NCBI RefSeq assembly: GCF_001447785.1
Contig: NW_015164245.1
Coordinates: 5,386-69,385 of the forward strand
Length of the DNA stretch: 64,000 bases
Origin: Gekko japonicus
Lineage: Eukaryota
Reading direction: 5' to 3'
Part shown: positions 11,995 through 25,059 of the stretch, piece after piece
How the letters are laid out: each line of letters starts with the position of its first letter
How positions within the stretch are numbered: the first letter of the stretch is position 1
The notes under the pieces: generated by a model
Database searches by the model: none
The model's input: only the letters and a program-made list of their open reading frames with translations
Told to the model about the DNA's origin: nothing
Translations under genes and position numbers: made by a program

Positions 11995-12150
11995 TGGGAT
12001 AGTCCGATCTTGTCAGATATCAGAAGCTAAGCAAGGTCAGTTCTTGGGTTCAGGACTACCAAAGAAGAACCTGTAGAGGAAAGCAATAACAAACTACCAC
12101 TGCTTTAAAGCCCATTGTTGTATCAGTGGTGACTTGGTGGTGCATCCACA
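11995..12150 (+). mobile_element. Decayed 5S rRNA-derived SINE
   Basis: CCGATCTTGTCAGATATCAGAAGCTAAGCAAGGTC resembles 5S rRNA; related to 62517-62735. Confidence 0.6.
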
Positions 12151-12183
12151 CGTAGAACATTTTATTCTGGAAATGCACAATTT

Positions 12184-12271
12184 ACAGTGAAATCCTGTAC
12201 AGAGTTACTCCAATCTAAATCAATTGCAATCAAAGGGCTTAGACTGGAGCAACTCTGTTTAGGATTGCATT
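12184..12271. mobile_element. Short hairpin MITE
   Basis: AATCCTGTACAGAGTTACTCCAATCTAA is complementary to TTAGACTGGAGCAACTCTGTTTAGGATT. Confidence 0.75.
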
Positions 12272-13076
12272 ATCAGTGTAATCATTAACCAATTACAAAA
12301 GAGTTAAAATGACATATTTTAATGATTTAAAAATGTTAGTGAAACATATGGAAAAGATGAAAGGTCTTATCTTTTGAAGTATATGAAGCCTAGCTCTGTT
12401 GCTAAAAATGATGTTTTGTCAGCAGACCATCTCTGATCTATCAAAGACAATGAAAAAAAAAACCTCTGGATGTGGTTTATCTGTGCATGTGTACGAACAC
12501 TAATGCATAGACAAAAACACATTTTCAGCATCCAGCATTCCATGCAATGGTGCTTCTGGAAGTATAGGAAACTGTCTGCACACCTATGGAAGAGATGGTT
12601 GGCAGTCTCGGTTCTGTTAATGCCAATTGGCAACTTGGTGGCCAAGTTTACTGGTTCTAATAACCCTTTTTACTCTCCAATGAGCTAATAGCACGGTGAG
12701 AACACTATCCATTGCCCTTTTCAAACTGCTACTTTATTCCATTTTAGTAACTGGTCACTATTTGATTTTTTCTGTCATTTCAGACAGACCTGTTTTAGTA
12801 GCCAGTTGTTAGTGGAATTTATTTACCTGTTCATACAAACGCACTTGTGTCAGGTTAGCAAAGTGTGGTTGAGTCACTTTTGAGGGAAACTGCATTTTTT
12901 CATTTTCAACCCCTTCCTTGTGCTTCTCAGTCACTGTGGTGTGCTTCCCACAATGCTGCTTTCCACCTACCCTTTTCTGCCATGTGATCTGCCTCAGTCT
13001 TTAAAAAAAATGCTCTAAGGTGAGTACCATAGTGGCACCATTGGGATGCATTGACTCCATTGATGCTATTGAGTTT

Positions 13077-14705
13077 ATATATGACAGACCCCATCCACTT
13101 CTCTCCCACATCTGTTTTTCTGTCCCTTCACTGACTGAGCAGCCCTGGTAACATGCTTACTTCTCCCCTGAAGAAAACTTTGGCTCCCCCCCATGTCAGT
13201 AACATTGTCATGACCCCAGGGGGTTGCCACCTTCAGCGGCCACCACTCTGGACTTAGGGTCCCTTGAGAAGGCCCAGTGTACCCTCCCAAACCCATCCAA
13301 AATGCCCCCTTTTAAGCTGAGAACATAGGCATGAAGACCAGGCAGAGAAGACTTAAACTAATGGTTTATTAACACAGTACTGGGGCAAAGAAAGCAAGAC
13401 AAGGTGCTTTAACATATATAACAGTGTTTAAAGGCAAAATAAATTAATCTAACGCGACTACCTATTTCACTTAACTAGTTACTATTTCAAGGCCCACAGC
13501 CCTCTCATACCAGGCCTCCTGCCTGCACTCACTCTGAGCCAAGTGAGGGATCTTTCTTCTCAGACTAGACTGTCCCCTCTGTGCAACAAGACCGCAGAAG
13601 AGTAAAAGAACACAGTCCCCTTCAGTTTAGCTCTGTGAGAGGAAAGAACACCGTTTTTCCACAGCCCACAAAGTATGTAACAATCACCTCAAAGAATACC
13701 TGGACACTAATTGGTTACAACAAAAGCATTGTGGGGATTGTAGGCTGTGTCTGCTTTCCACTGCCATGAAGGTCTCTCCTGGGACCAGGCCACACAAGGC
13801 CCTTCTCCCAGTCCTACCCAGATCATAACAAACATATATTTGACCAGCCCAGGAACCTGAGGGAAGAGATAGGACCACCCTTTAACTTAAACCCTTGAAA
13901 ATGTCACTTGAGATGCTTTCAAAATTTAAAACCAACAAAAAGATTTTATTTAACATCAAGGGAAAATCAGGGGCTGATGAAATCAGGGGCTGAAATCACT
14001 GAGGTAAAAACAGCATATGCACAGACTTTTGCTTTTATATATCAGGCTAATGAGAGGTTTTTAAATTATTCACAGTTGCTTCGATCTTTATATTGAAAGG
14101 CTTCTATTCCAGTGTTTTCCCAAACACTCTAATACACTATTTGTATAATCACTGATTCTTTTGCTGCCCAGAAGGCTGGTACCCTCTTCCCCCATACCCA
14201 AACCCCTTTTCTTGGAATACCAGTATACTTCTTGAGCTGTTAACAGACTTTTAGGTCTCTAAAGGCAGTTTCTAATCACACCAAACCAGGGATCTCTGTA
14301 CTCCTCAGAGATAACTCTCCTTGTTTGACTGGGTAGAGATTCTTCTCTCTCTAGAAGACCTATCCCCTTTCCTTAGGCCTGAATTGGGAGTCTTATTCTA
14401 TTACCCAAACCTGCTTGCCAAAGTTTCCCCCAGTTCTCTGCTCTCAGCTAATTCTGAATTCAGACTGTATTCAGTCGCAGCTGAAATCTGCCTTTGTCAG
14501 CACTAAATCCTTTTCCGCCAGGGCTATTCCCAGACAGTCAGTACACATGCCTTCTCAGTTAAAGCGGGAATCTGACTCAATCATCTCAGCATACAGCTCT
14601 CACAAGACTTTTTTTTTTTTGCTCAGCTGATGCTGACTATTCAAATTGCCTGGAGCAGCCTGTCACTCAAGGTTCTCTGGCTCTGTGAAGAATTAACCCT
14701 TCACA
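13077..14705 (-). mobile_element. Solo LTR family A (outer element)
   Basis: Collinear with 17325-18499 (GCCCAGGAAC.TGAGGGAAGAGA; GAGCAGCCTGTCACTCAAGG; TTAAC.CTTCACA end). Confidence 0.75.
13206..13830 (-). mobile_element. Solo LTR family B nested inside LTR A
   Basis: TGTCATGA...TCATAACA termini with a perfect 5-bp TSD AACAT (13201-13205, 13831-13835); TTTATT at ~13365. Confidence 0.85.
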
Positions 14706-17324
14706 ATCCTGCAGTTTTATGTACAGTACTTTTAAGTAAAATGTGCAGTGCATCACACGGTGCATCTCAACTTAGCTATAGCAGTCACCATAGGATTGTT
14801 TTTAAAAGTCCAAGGAGGATCACATGGCAAAAAAGGATGGGGGGGGGAGCAGCACTGTTTGAAATGATCATAGCACTTCAGAGATGTTTCATTAATGGAA
14901 GGAAATTCACTGTATGCAACCCCTGTGCCTATATCACTTTACTCAAAATCGGGCCAACAATGAATAACATCTGGTTTAGAGTGGCAATGTGAAAAGGGCC
15001 CATTAGTTTATCAAGCTCAAAGATCTCTGGATTGTGTTCTTTTGTGTGTGTTACATTATACATTCCACAAGCACTATGCATTCTAATTGGTTCCAGGGGT
15101 GGAAAAGTTACATTGAGGCTAAAAGTATTAGAATTCTGAAAAATCAATAGAGATGTTGTGTAATCCAAACACCACCACTGTGTGTCATCCTGAAGTATTA
15201 AAAAAGCACCGTGTGAGGTGGTGAAAGGCCTGCCTTTTTGGTAAAGGGGAACAGAGGTCTTGTTGCTGTTTTCATGCGACTCCCCCTATTTTGTTGTTTG
15301 CTTATAACATTTGCTGCTGTCATTTCACAACACTTTTAAAACCGTCGAGACATTCAGCATCAAAATATTCTTCTTTGGGTAGAGTACTGTTTACATATCT
15401 GCTACCCCTGTCCTGTAAGAAAAAAATAATTTTGTAATAGTCGATATTAGCATTTACTAATCTTAACAGCTGCACTTCAGTATCCTGTGATATGGATGGG
15501 GTTCATCTACACCAGTGAAAATACCAACTACTGCTACAACTGGCTGCCTCAAACAGAAAGGTGGGTTTTTTGTAGGTATGAAGTGGGTAAAAACAGTTTT
15601 GTGACAAGATATGGAAAGAAGAAAGATGGAGGATACTGATCTGTATATGACTGAGCACCCTTAAGATAAAGTGCAGCTGTATCAGCATATACTACGGAAT
15701 GCATAATAAAAATATTCTCTGCTGTTAATAACCTTTTCTTTTTAAAAAGTCTGTAATTTTAAAAAAAGACAGAAATTGAGTTCTGAATAAATTCTTGAAA
15801 TAGAGACCAAGAAGCAGACTTATTATCTCTGTACTTGTTCCTTGTTTTCCAATTGACATTCTTTTCCGTTTCAGTTTGTTCAGAGGACACTGTTGAGAAC
15901 TGCTGTGTCAAAATTGATAGCAAAGCTACAGATTCATGCTACACAGAAAGTGTGATAAAAAGTAAAATAGGAAAGATGGCTTTATTCAGGCATACATCTC
16001 ATTATGGCAAGAACCTTATTGAAAGGCACACAGAGAAGGCAAAAGCAAAGTCTGCGCTGAAGCAATCAGTTATTTAATAGGCACAGCTAGCTCATTTTGA
16101 AAATCAGCATGGCAAGTTTCGAGAGCTCCCCCCCACACACACACACCTACACACAACTCCTCCAGGATCTATTGGGCATATTACCTGAATATTAAACACA
16201 GGCTGCATGATTAGAAGAGAAATTATTTGAATACATTTTGATGAGCTTGGGCTTCATTTCAAAATCCCAAGAAGTTGCAGGGATTCAATACAAGGACTTC
16301 AGATGATGACAATGATGATAATAATAATTGTTATTGTTATTATTATTCTGAAACTTCTGAAATAGTCTGGCAATCAGAAAAGAGGGAAAATTTCCACAAT
16401 TTAGCTGTCGTTTTGGAATAAACACAAATCATATTAGTCTTAAATATCTACAAGTAAAATTGATAATTTTGCTCAAATGAATTATTTCTCAGTATTGTAT
16501 TGGTAGTATATGAAAGCAGTGTATTCAAAGAGGTGCATTTCATATTCAATGCACAACTCGCCCTGTTCAGTAAATGCGATTTCATTCATATTTTGCTTAC
16601 TTCTGCCAGGTAGACAAGCACACGTTATGAACAAAATAAAAACCAGAATACTGTATTGTGCTCCTGAAGTCATTGTTGCACATTCATGTTCTTTTTGTTG
16701 TTGTTATAATTCACCCCACCCAGTTTATCACTGAGAAAATAGATAATGTTTTTAAAAGAAATGTGGCTTCCATTTCTTTGCAGTCTTAATCATGGTCCAC
16801 AAAAGTCACCGTGCTATCTGCAACACTTCTGCAATACCTTTTAACATTTGGAAGACTCATTTCAATAGGAAACAGTTCCATAGCTTTGAAGCAGCCACTG
16901 TAAAGTGCCACACACTTTAGTGGTTCGAAGTGGACTAATAAAGTTCTAAACCAAGCACTCTCTTGATTGATGTAGATCTCTGTGAGATGCAAGAGAGTAT
17001 ACTGTCATGGACTCATTTGCCTGAAGCCATTGAGGGGGTTTGGAATAAAAAAAATAAGCATCTTAAACTTTGCTAATGAAAAAGTATTGGCATAATGCAA
17101 TTATTATGGTTTACATTGGAGGGAAAAATATTTGTGCTTCAATCATTTGGTAGTATTTATCAGATAACTCTGCACAGTGTTACCCAAATGGCCTACTTGT
17201 GTATGCACCCCAATTATAGGAGCATCCCCTTTAAGGTTTTAAGAGCTCATACATGCAATTATAATTGGGGTATTTTACCAAGTGTTTACCAGTGTCCATG
17301 TTTTTATCAAACATCTCATAAGGG

Positions 17325-18499
17325 TGTTATGACAAACTTGCTCTCTCCCATCCCTTAGATGCAGGATTTCCCCTCCATTTCCCCCCTCTTTTTCTCACTA
17401 AGCAGCCCCTTTATCCATTTTCTTCTTTCCTGAAGATCTATGGCTGTCCCACCCTGTCACATCATTGTATTTTTATGCTGGCTCAGCCCAGGAACTTGAG
17501 GGAAGAGACAAGATCTCACTCTGAACTTAAACTTTGGAAATGGCACACAAAAAGCTTTCTAACGTTTTAAAATAAAAATAAAAATATTTTATTCAACATA
17601 GTGGGGAAAAGGTCAGGTAAAATCAGGGGTAAAATGTCTGAGGTAAATCAATAAGAACTCTGAGGTAACTTAATATTTCCACAAACTACAGCTCATATGT
17701 TTCCAGCAATTGAAAGTTTTAAAAATTTCACACAGTCTTAGAATCCTTGAGATGAGAGTCTTTTGTTTCCATGTTTCCTAAACATTCCAATATACTTTCT
17801 TTTTTAATTTTTATTACATTAAAAATTAAAGCAATGGTACAGCAACACCAGTAAAACAAAACATAACAAAACAAATAAAGGGGCCTTAAATTATATATAA
17901 CAAGTATAAAGTTCTTTTGGAATGTCTCTGTTCTTTGCCAAATAATTTAAAATAGGGGACCAGTTTTGTTTTTTAAAAAACTTGGAAACCATTGCTGGTG
18001 AAGACAAAGAATTACAATTAAAAGTTAATTTAGCTAAAACATATTGTTCCCAAAGTCTGAAATACCAAGTCCAATATACTTTCTTAAATTTAACTGACTG
18101 TTCAGGTTTGGTACACTACCAAGTACCAAAATCCCTTCTCTAAATACACCAGGGACCACTCCACTCTTTAGCGCTATCTCCCTTATAAACTAGGCAGGGA
18201 ATTTCTTCTACTAGAAGATCGATCCGTTTTCCTGGCCTGAATGGGGGTCTTCACCAATCCTCTCACTCCTCCTTGCCAACCTTCCCAGTCCTCTATCAGT
18301 GTTAAAATTTCTTCCACCAGTCCTAAATTCTCCTCAGTCAGGGCTAAACTGTTCCATTTCTCAGTCAGGGCTAAAACCAAGTTCTCTTCAGCAGTCAGTT
18401 CCCAAGTCTTTCCACTCAACTGGTGCTAACCAATCAAATCCCTTTTGAGCAGCCTGTCACTCAAGGCTTTCTGGCTTTTTGAGACATTAACTCTTCACA
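17325..18499 (-). mobile_element. Second copy of solo LTR family A
   Basis: TGTTATGAC...CTTCACA termini; homology to 13077-14705. Confidence 0.75.
17802..18069 (-). mobile_element. 5'-truncated L1-type LINE inserted in LTR A
   Basis: 16-bp TSD TCCAATATACTTTCTT (17786-17801, 18070-18085); minus-strand translation WYFRLWEQYVLAKLT...NWSPILNYL resembles the squamate L1 ORF2 C-terminus; A-rich tail. Confidence 0.8.
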
Positions 18500-18554
18500 G
18501 TTCATTACATGTTTATACAGCACTTATGAGTTTTTAAAATGCACTCCATCACTG

Positions 18555-19163
18555 GTGTGCAGATTCATAGAAATAAAGACATGAATTCAAAGTTAAATAT
18601 TTTTTTAAAGAAACAACTAACAACAAAGAGGATTCACTAGTTGACTACTAAACACACAAAGTAAATAAATGTTCTATAAATTCTAACTCCTACTAAATCC
18701 TAACCTAAGCAACATTACTAATCTGAAGAGAGATAGGGGGAAAGTAAGAACATGAACCTGGCCGGTGATTGAAGTTCAGTAAGTTTCATCAGATAGAGGA
18801 GAAGCAGTATTTTTGAGAGTGGGGCAGAAAAGTGAAATAACTTCTTCTGGGTGCCTGTGTTGGATGGCAGGATAAATGCAAAATCACACACATATTCCCA
18901 CTACATGCTCCCACATGGGGATTTAGAGCCAGTTTTTGAAGCCCAATATGAATATGGGATGCAACAGCGAGAACAAAGTACTAGGGTTTTCAGGGCTGTT
19001 TCAATACCCCCCCCCCCAAGTTTTAAGATAGCAGGGAAAATAAGAAGCTTCTCAAAACAGATTGAATTGGAACCAAAAGTTTCAAACCTTACTGGTGGAT
19101 CAGGGAGATAATGGCTGAGTGGGAAAATATCTCCTATGGAGGGGGAATTTGGGGATGCTGACA
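18555..19163 (-). mobile_element. Possible solo LTR
   Basis: Ends ...GCTGACA and has LTR-like composition; TSD not resolved. Confidence 0.3.
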
Positions 19164-19277
19164 TCTTTGAAGTTTATAGTTCAAACAGAATAACAAACTC
19201 AGTTATATGCTCACCATATTGAATTCCAGGGGAAATAGCAAAAGGGAATAAAAATACCAAACTAGGAGATGGATATG

Positions 19278-19491
19278 CTGGCATGTTGCCAGTAAATCTC
19301 AGGTAGATCCTGTTGCATGTTTATGTAGAGACACTACTGATTAAATGAGGCACTACTGTTATTTTAGAATGAGGGAGGGGGTGACTGGCATGTTGCCAGT
19401 AAATCTCAGGTAGATCCTGTTGCATGTTTATGTAATGCAGAAATCAATTAAATGAGGCACTACTGTTATTTTAGAATGAGGGAGGGGGTGA
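19278..19491. repeat. Tandem duplication, 2 x 107 bp
   Basis: Copies identical apart from a central 12-bp block. Confidence 0.95.
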
Positions 19492-20039
19492 ATGAGTACG
19501 AGTGAAAGCATCTGTTCCCAAGAAGATCATCAGTTACTGTCTTCCTCTCTTTGAAGTAACAGATCTGTTTCCCTACACTGAGATTCCCTTCTGCCTCATA
19601 TATTAGGTGAAATATATATGTTCCTAATATTCCAAATCTTCCGTGAGTCCAAATGAAAATAATAATAATAATACTAAAAAGAATATATGGTCATTTCGGA
19701 GGATCTATAGTGGTGTTGAAGTTGCATACAAGTATGCTGATCTGAGACTGTACTTACTGGTTACAATAGCTTGGACAAGATTAAAAGAAAAGACATCTGG
19801 TTGTCATCAAATCAAACATGGCAAAGAATTTGGTGCCTATATCCAGTTTCACTCAGTTGACTGTCTTCACATGAGGAGTACACATATGTATTGGTGTATG
19901 TATTATATCCAGTCTTTAAATCATACTAGGTCATGATATAACTTGTGAACATACATTCTAAAGTGTGTTGAATGTGGGTTGAAATGGGTTTACTACATTC
20001 CATGCCCCCGCCCCCGATTTAGAATGCCTGCTTTATCAA

Positions 20040-20490
20040 TTTTTTAATTTTATTTTAAATATTTATTAGCTGTCTTTCCCTTCGTGGAACTCAAGGTGAC
20101 TTGTGATATAAATAAAACATAAAAACACAATTAAAACAACAATTTAATCCCCCCCCCAAAAAATCACAGTTTAAAAACTACAACTAGGACTGACAATAAT
20201 AAAAAGTTAAATCAATCAAAATGCAGTCCTAAATAAAACTGTCTTCAACTGCCTCCTGAAGATCAACAAGGAGGGGGCTGGGCACACCTCCCTAGAAAGG
20301 TTGTTCCATAATTGTGGGGCTGCTATGGAAAAGGTGCTGTCTTGGGTACCCACCAAATGAGCTTCTTTAGTTGGTGGTATAGTCAGGAGGACACTTTCTG
20401 TTATTTTAATTACTAGGGAGGAATGTATAGGAGAAGATGGTCCTTCACATACCATGGTCCTCAGCTATACAGGGCTTTAAAGGACAAACT
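20040..20490 (-). mobile_element. L2 LINE 3' end
   Basis: TFSIAAPQLWNNLSREVCPAPSLLIFRRQLKTVLFRTAF (L2 ORF2 C-terminus), 3' UTR and AATAAA-rich tail. Confidence 0.88.
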
Positions 20491-21240
20491 CTCACTCTTT
20501 CATCTTCCTGGGAGTTGGCCTGCTATCTACTGCTACTGGGTTTATGATTGAATGTTCAGGATAGATTTCCAGTGCTTTTATCAAGTATTTTTTTTTTCTA
20601 ATCACAAGATGAAGATCATGATTGAGAAAATATGATTTAGAGAGATTTACAGAGCTATCATTTTGACTCAAATTTTTGCTTTTCCCTTCTGTGAATTGAG
20701 TCTTTTTCTGTATCCTCACATCATTTTTAAAATTTATTTGCATTTTAACATACACTAGTATAGTGAAAGTATTCTTTGAGTCAGAAATGATGGACATATG
20801 TGCCATGGTCACCACAGAATTAGATCATGTGAATGGATCTGGAGGGGGGAAAGACAATCCCCCAAGATTGCATAGATTGTCTGGCTCAGTTTGTGACTGG
20901 GAAAATTAATAGTATTGCCAGATGACTTTAGGATACCATCATTGTGGCACTCTGTAGCATGGAGAACTCTTGAGGGAATGTTCTGGAATCATACAATGCT
21001 GTTTCATGCAAAGCTTAGTGCTTGGATAAAAGATTTCCTCTGAGTGAACATGAGCTCCTCTGAGCATCCAAAGGAAAAGAGGACAGAAATAAATAAATCC
21101 ATATTACAAATTCCTTGCAAAACTTTTGTAAAGCAAAAACTTTTTAAAACCAAAATACCCTTTATTTTGCAGTTTTGCGTTGAGCAACCCACTGATATGG
21201 ACAGGAAGGTAGAATCATCATCCCCCCCCCCATTTCTGTG

Positions 21241-21915
21241 CGAGGGTGTGCACAAAATAATAATCCCAAACCCGATATTTTTGGGGTTCAGGTATATTGA
21301 ATGCCAAAAAATCAGTATTTTCCAATATTCATGAATTCCTATACCAGTATGGTAGTCAGATTTGGGAAATATTCAGGAAACCTGAACTTTTTTCAGCTAC
21401 CTTATACCCTCTGGGGGCCATTGCTCCAGCAGTATCTAGAGCTCGTGGGGGGGGGTGTTTTGAGGTAGAAGCACCAAATTTGCAGCATAGCATGACTCAG
21501 CAAGTGAACTCAAAAGGTGTTTAAAGAGACTGTGGTCTCTTTAAATGCCTTCTTGAAGCCGCACTGCGACCGTGGTGCAACTCAGCATGTGAACTCAGAA
21601 GGCATTTTAAAAGAGTATGACCTCTTTAAATGTCTTCTTCAAGTCCCGCTGCCACTGACTGAATGCACACCCCTATTTCTGTGTTCGAGTGACCTTCAAT
21701 GGAAGTTAAGTTGACCTGGATGACATCTGGAACATCTATGAAAAATTAATAAGCACATATGTCTCTTTAAATGTCTTCTCCAAGCTGTGCCTGAATAAAA
21801 TGGGTTTTATTCATGCTCAGCTATATTGGTAGCCAAAAAACCTGAAAAATACTGGTAAGATTTTTTTTTTGGGGGGGAGTTGTTGTTGTTCAGGTAAACT
21901 GAATGCACACCCCTA
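21241..21915. mobile_element. Non-autonomous hAT-type element with two right ends (21675 and 21915)
   Basis: TIR GGGTGTGCA / TGCACACCCCTA; 8-bp TSD TTTCTGTG at 21233-21240 and after both right ends. Confidence 0.8.
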
Positions 21916-21982
21916 TTTCTGTGTTCTAGTGACCTTCAATGGGTGACATCTGGAACATCTACGAAAAATTAATAAGCACATA

Positions 21983-22724
21983 TTTTGAAAATATGGTTTA
22001 TTTTACTCTGTATAAATAGGGTAACTTTTGCTTTGTTAGTATATAGGTGTTTGGCCAGGGAAAGTTAATTTTATTCTGATGAGCAAGCCTGTGTAAATGG
22101 CACATACGTTTAATTTTTGTGATGTGGCAGAAATAACATGGTATGATGATGGACAAAATTAGGATTGACATTGAGGGACACATTTGCTTTATCAATGGGT
22201 CCTACATCTTTGTTACTGTAGATATTGTGATTATTGTGATATTATCTTGGAAAAAAGCATGACAAGAACGTTAACACATTGTTCTAGGATATTAGACAAT
22301 TATATTTATGTGTTCTCATTGTCTCAAGTTCTACCAGGATCAGCACAAATATGTTCACACTGTGGCTTATATGCAACCCTCACCTATTTGCTTCCACATA
22401 CAAATTTAATTAACACCATGAGCTTTTTGAAAATATGGTTTATTTTACTCTGTATAAATAGGGTAACTTTTGCTTTGTTAGTATATAGGTGTTTGGCCAG
22501 GGAAAGTTAATTTTATTCTGATGAGCAAGCCTGTGTAAATGGCACATACGTTTAATTTTTGTGATGTGGCAGAAATAACATGGTATGATGATGGACAAAA
22601 TTAGGATTGACATTGAGGGACACATTTGCTTTATCAATGGGTCCTACATCTTTGTTACTGTAGATATTGTGATTATGGTGATATTATCTTGGGAAAAAGC
22701 ATGACAAGAACATTAACACATTGT
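21983..22724. repeat. Direct duplication of ~300 bp (21983-22282 and 22425-22724) with a unique spacer
   Basis: Copies differ at about 3 positions; identical spurious ORFs in the track at 21998 and 22440. Confidence 0.95.
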
Positions 22725-23194
22725 CAACTGTAGCAACCTTGTCTCAGCTTAGTTCAATGAAGCGTCTTATTCATCTTCGTTTGTCACCCACTAGAGGTCT
22801 TTTTGGCACTGTGCTGTCACAACAGCCTACAGTCTTTTGGCTAGTCCACTCTGAACTAATCTAATCTCTTACTTCAAGACAGATTTGTTAAATTGCTGAA
22901 GATTCCCCTTTACTGCACTTTTAGAGTGCCACCATATACCAAGTTAAAGTAAATGAGCATAGAAGGATATAACTCCCTACAATTGCTGTGTTAATTCTGT
23001 TGCAGTACTGTTATTTGAGAACACATGCATACAAGGGAACTACTATTGTACTAAGGTGCATTTTCTACTGGGGTGGATTCTCCAACTTGCACTTCTTTCT
23101 TCTATTCAAGTTGCTCTTCTTCCGACAGAACAGCCACTTAAGTTGGAGGAAAACCTCAAAAACTTGAGCCAAAATGAAATATGGAGTATAAATA

Positions 23195-23500
23195 CTCCAC
23201 GACTGTTACCACCTGTCTACGACTATTACATCTGTCCTAGCCCTTTATTACCAACTCACCGTGAGCGCTAAAATGGTGGTACTGCATGGAGCTGTGACCA
23301 CTAAGGATACTATCCTGATGATGTCATCTGTTCCCTTGTTAGATATTATGGCAAGCACTTAAGTTGTATTGAATGTTTTTAAATGCAGATTTAATGTTTT
23401 ATGTATAGGGCATTGGCCCCATCTGTACGCCGCCCTGAGCCCGTTCGCGGGGAGGGCGGGTTATAAATTTAAATAAATAAATAAATAAATATTTTAATAA
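23195..23500 (+). mobile_element. Short L2-type 3' end with (TAAA)n tail
   Basis: CTGTACGCCGCCCTGAGCCCGTTCGCGGGGAGGGCGGGTTATAAAT(TAAA)n with CpGs retained; 5' boundary uncertain. Confidence 0.6.
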
Positions 23501-24319
23501 ATGAATGAATAAACTCTGTTCGGTGTAGTGGTAGGGTTGGGCTAGGATCCACCCCATCAACATAGAATCTAAACTGACAAAAGATACTGTAGACATAAAC
23601 CTGCATGACAAAAGATACTGTAGATGTAAACCCTCATCACTTTATATAAACAGTTGACTTTGATTGGTAATTGATTTTTGCTTACCTTAAAATCTCTGTG
23701 CATCAACAGCTGTGGCTAAGGAAAAGTTTTTACAAACCTTAATTGCTATTGACATAATGCTGTGGAGCTTTTCTGCTTTGGTCTATCTCTATTTAAAATG
23801 AACTCATTGATAAGATTCCCATTTGTCTTCAAGGGACCTTTTAAAGCCAAGTCTTAGTGGTTCCGAAAAGCCCTTCATGCAAATTGAGAGATGGAGGTCG
23901 GAAAATGTGTCTGCTGAATTTCTGCCCACATTGTTTTCATTATGCATGTAAAATACTTTTAATTTTCCATTTCCTTAATTTTCTTAACAGTGTTCCTAGG
24001 TTATTATGAGTCAGCTTTTCTGATTCCATTTTCCTTTCTTCTGGAAACCCTTTTGGCTCAGAGATGTGGATGACTGTTTTCTGTCTAGAAAAGGGCTTAC
24101 TTATTTGCTTATGATGCACTCATTTTAGTCACAAACCTAGGAAGGTCTTATGAGGCATAGTTCACTACAACCTACATTGGTAGTGGTGGTTGTGGTTCAT
24201 GATATTAAGGGGAATAAAGCAATGTGACTCAAAATGTACCTCTTTTACTTAAAGGCTTCCAAATAACAATGTTGCCTATTCATATATTATTTATGTTTAA
24301 TTATATAATGCCTCTCTGC

Positions 24320-24530
24320 TATATATTATTTATTTTACAAATTTTATACCCTGCCTTTCTGCCTTTGTAAGGGCCACTAATGGGGCTAGCAAATTAAAAA
24401 ACATACATTAAAAACCACATATACAAACCATAAAAACCAACAAAGACAAGGCAATCATGAAGTATCTTGGTACCAAGTAGTATGAAGGTTTACAGGTTAA
24501 AACCAGCGCTTTAAATTGGAACTGGAGATT
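24320..24530 (-). mobile_element. L2 fragment
   Basis: TTTATACCCTGCCTTTCT tail complement; GGTTTACAGGTTAAAACCAGCGCTTTAAATTGG typical of L2 ORF2 antisense. Confidence 0.5.
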
Positions 24531-24618
24531 ATCTTTTACTCCTTGTTATGTGTAGTGTGTAGGTTCTGAAACATCTATAAGGGCAGCTTCACAAAGAGAT
24601 CCTTACAGTACTCTAGGC

Positions 24619-24862
24619 TAGGGATGCCAGCCTCCAGGTGGGACCTGAGGATCCCCCTGAATGACAGGTCATCTCCAGACTACAAAGATCACTTACCCTG
24701 GAAAAAATGGCTGCTTTGGTGGCTGGACTCTATGGCATTGTATCTTACTGAGATCGCTTTCCTCCCCAGGCTCCACCCCAGATCTCCAGGAGTTTGCCAA
24801 CCTGGAGTTGGCAATCCTACCCCTACACCCCCCGCTGGTGGCCAGGAGGGACTTGGCAACTT
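24619..24862 (+). mobile_element. Near full-length AGGGTTGCCA-family MITE
   Basis: TAGGGATGCCAGCCTCCAGG ... TTGGCAACTTTA termini plus the family core. Confidence 0.85.
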
Positions 24863-24941
24863 TACAGATCACTGTGCTCAGACCATACTTCTCAAGCAAG
24901 AGTTGCAGCAGCAACCCATGAGTTATTTAACTCTCTCTACA

Positions 24942-24968
24942 AACACACACACACACACACACACACAC
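24942..24968. repeat. (CA)n microsatellite
   Basis: Seen directly. Confidence 0.95.
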
Positions 24969-25059
24969 TAGGAATAAGGCCAGTTGTAGAAATAAATACA
25001 ACGAGCTCTAGAAAGGCTCTGGGAGAATGCCCTGGCTTTGGGCACATAGTAGGAATTTG

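Noticed and set aside
16784-16920. Exon after a strong-looking acceptor TTCTTTGCAG
   Set aside because: All frames reach stops, there is no clear donor, and the peptide is unrecognised
21998-22637. Two identical 65-aa ORFs
   Set aside because: A by-product of the 300-bp duplication, with no coding signal
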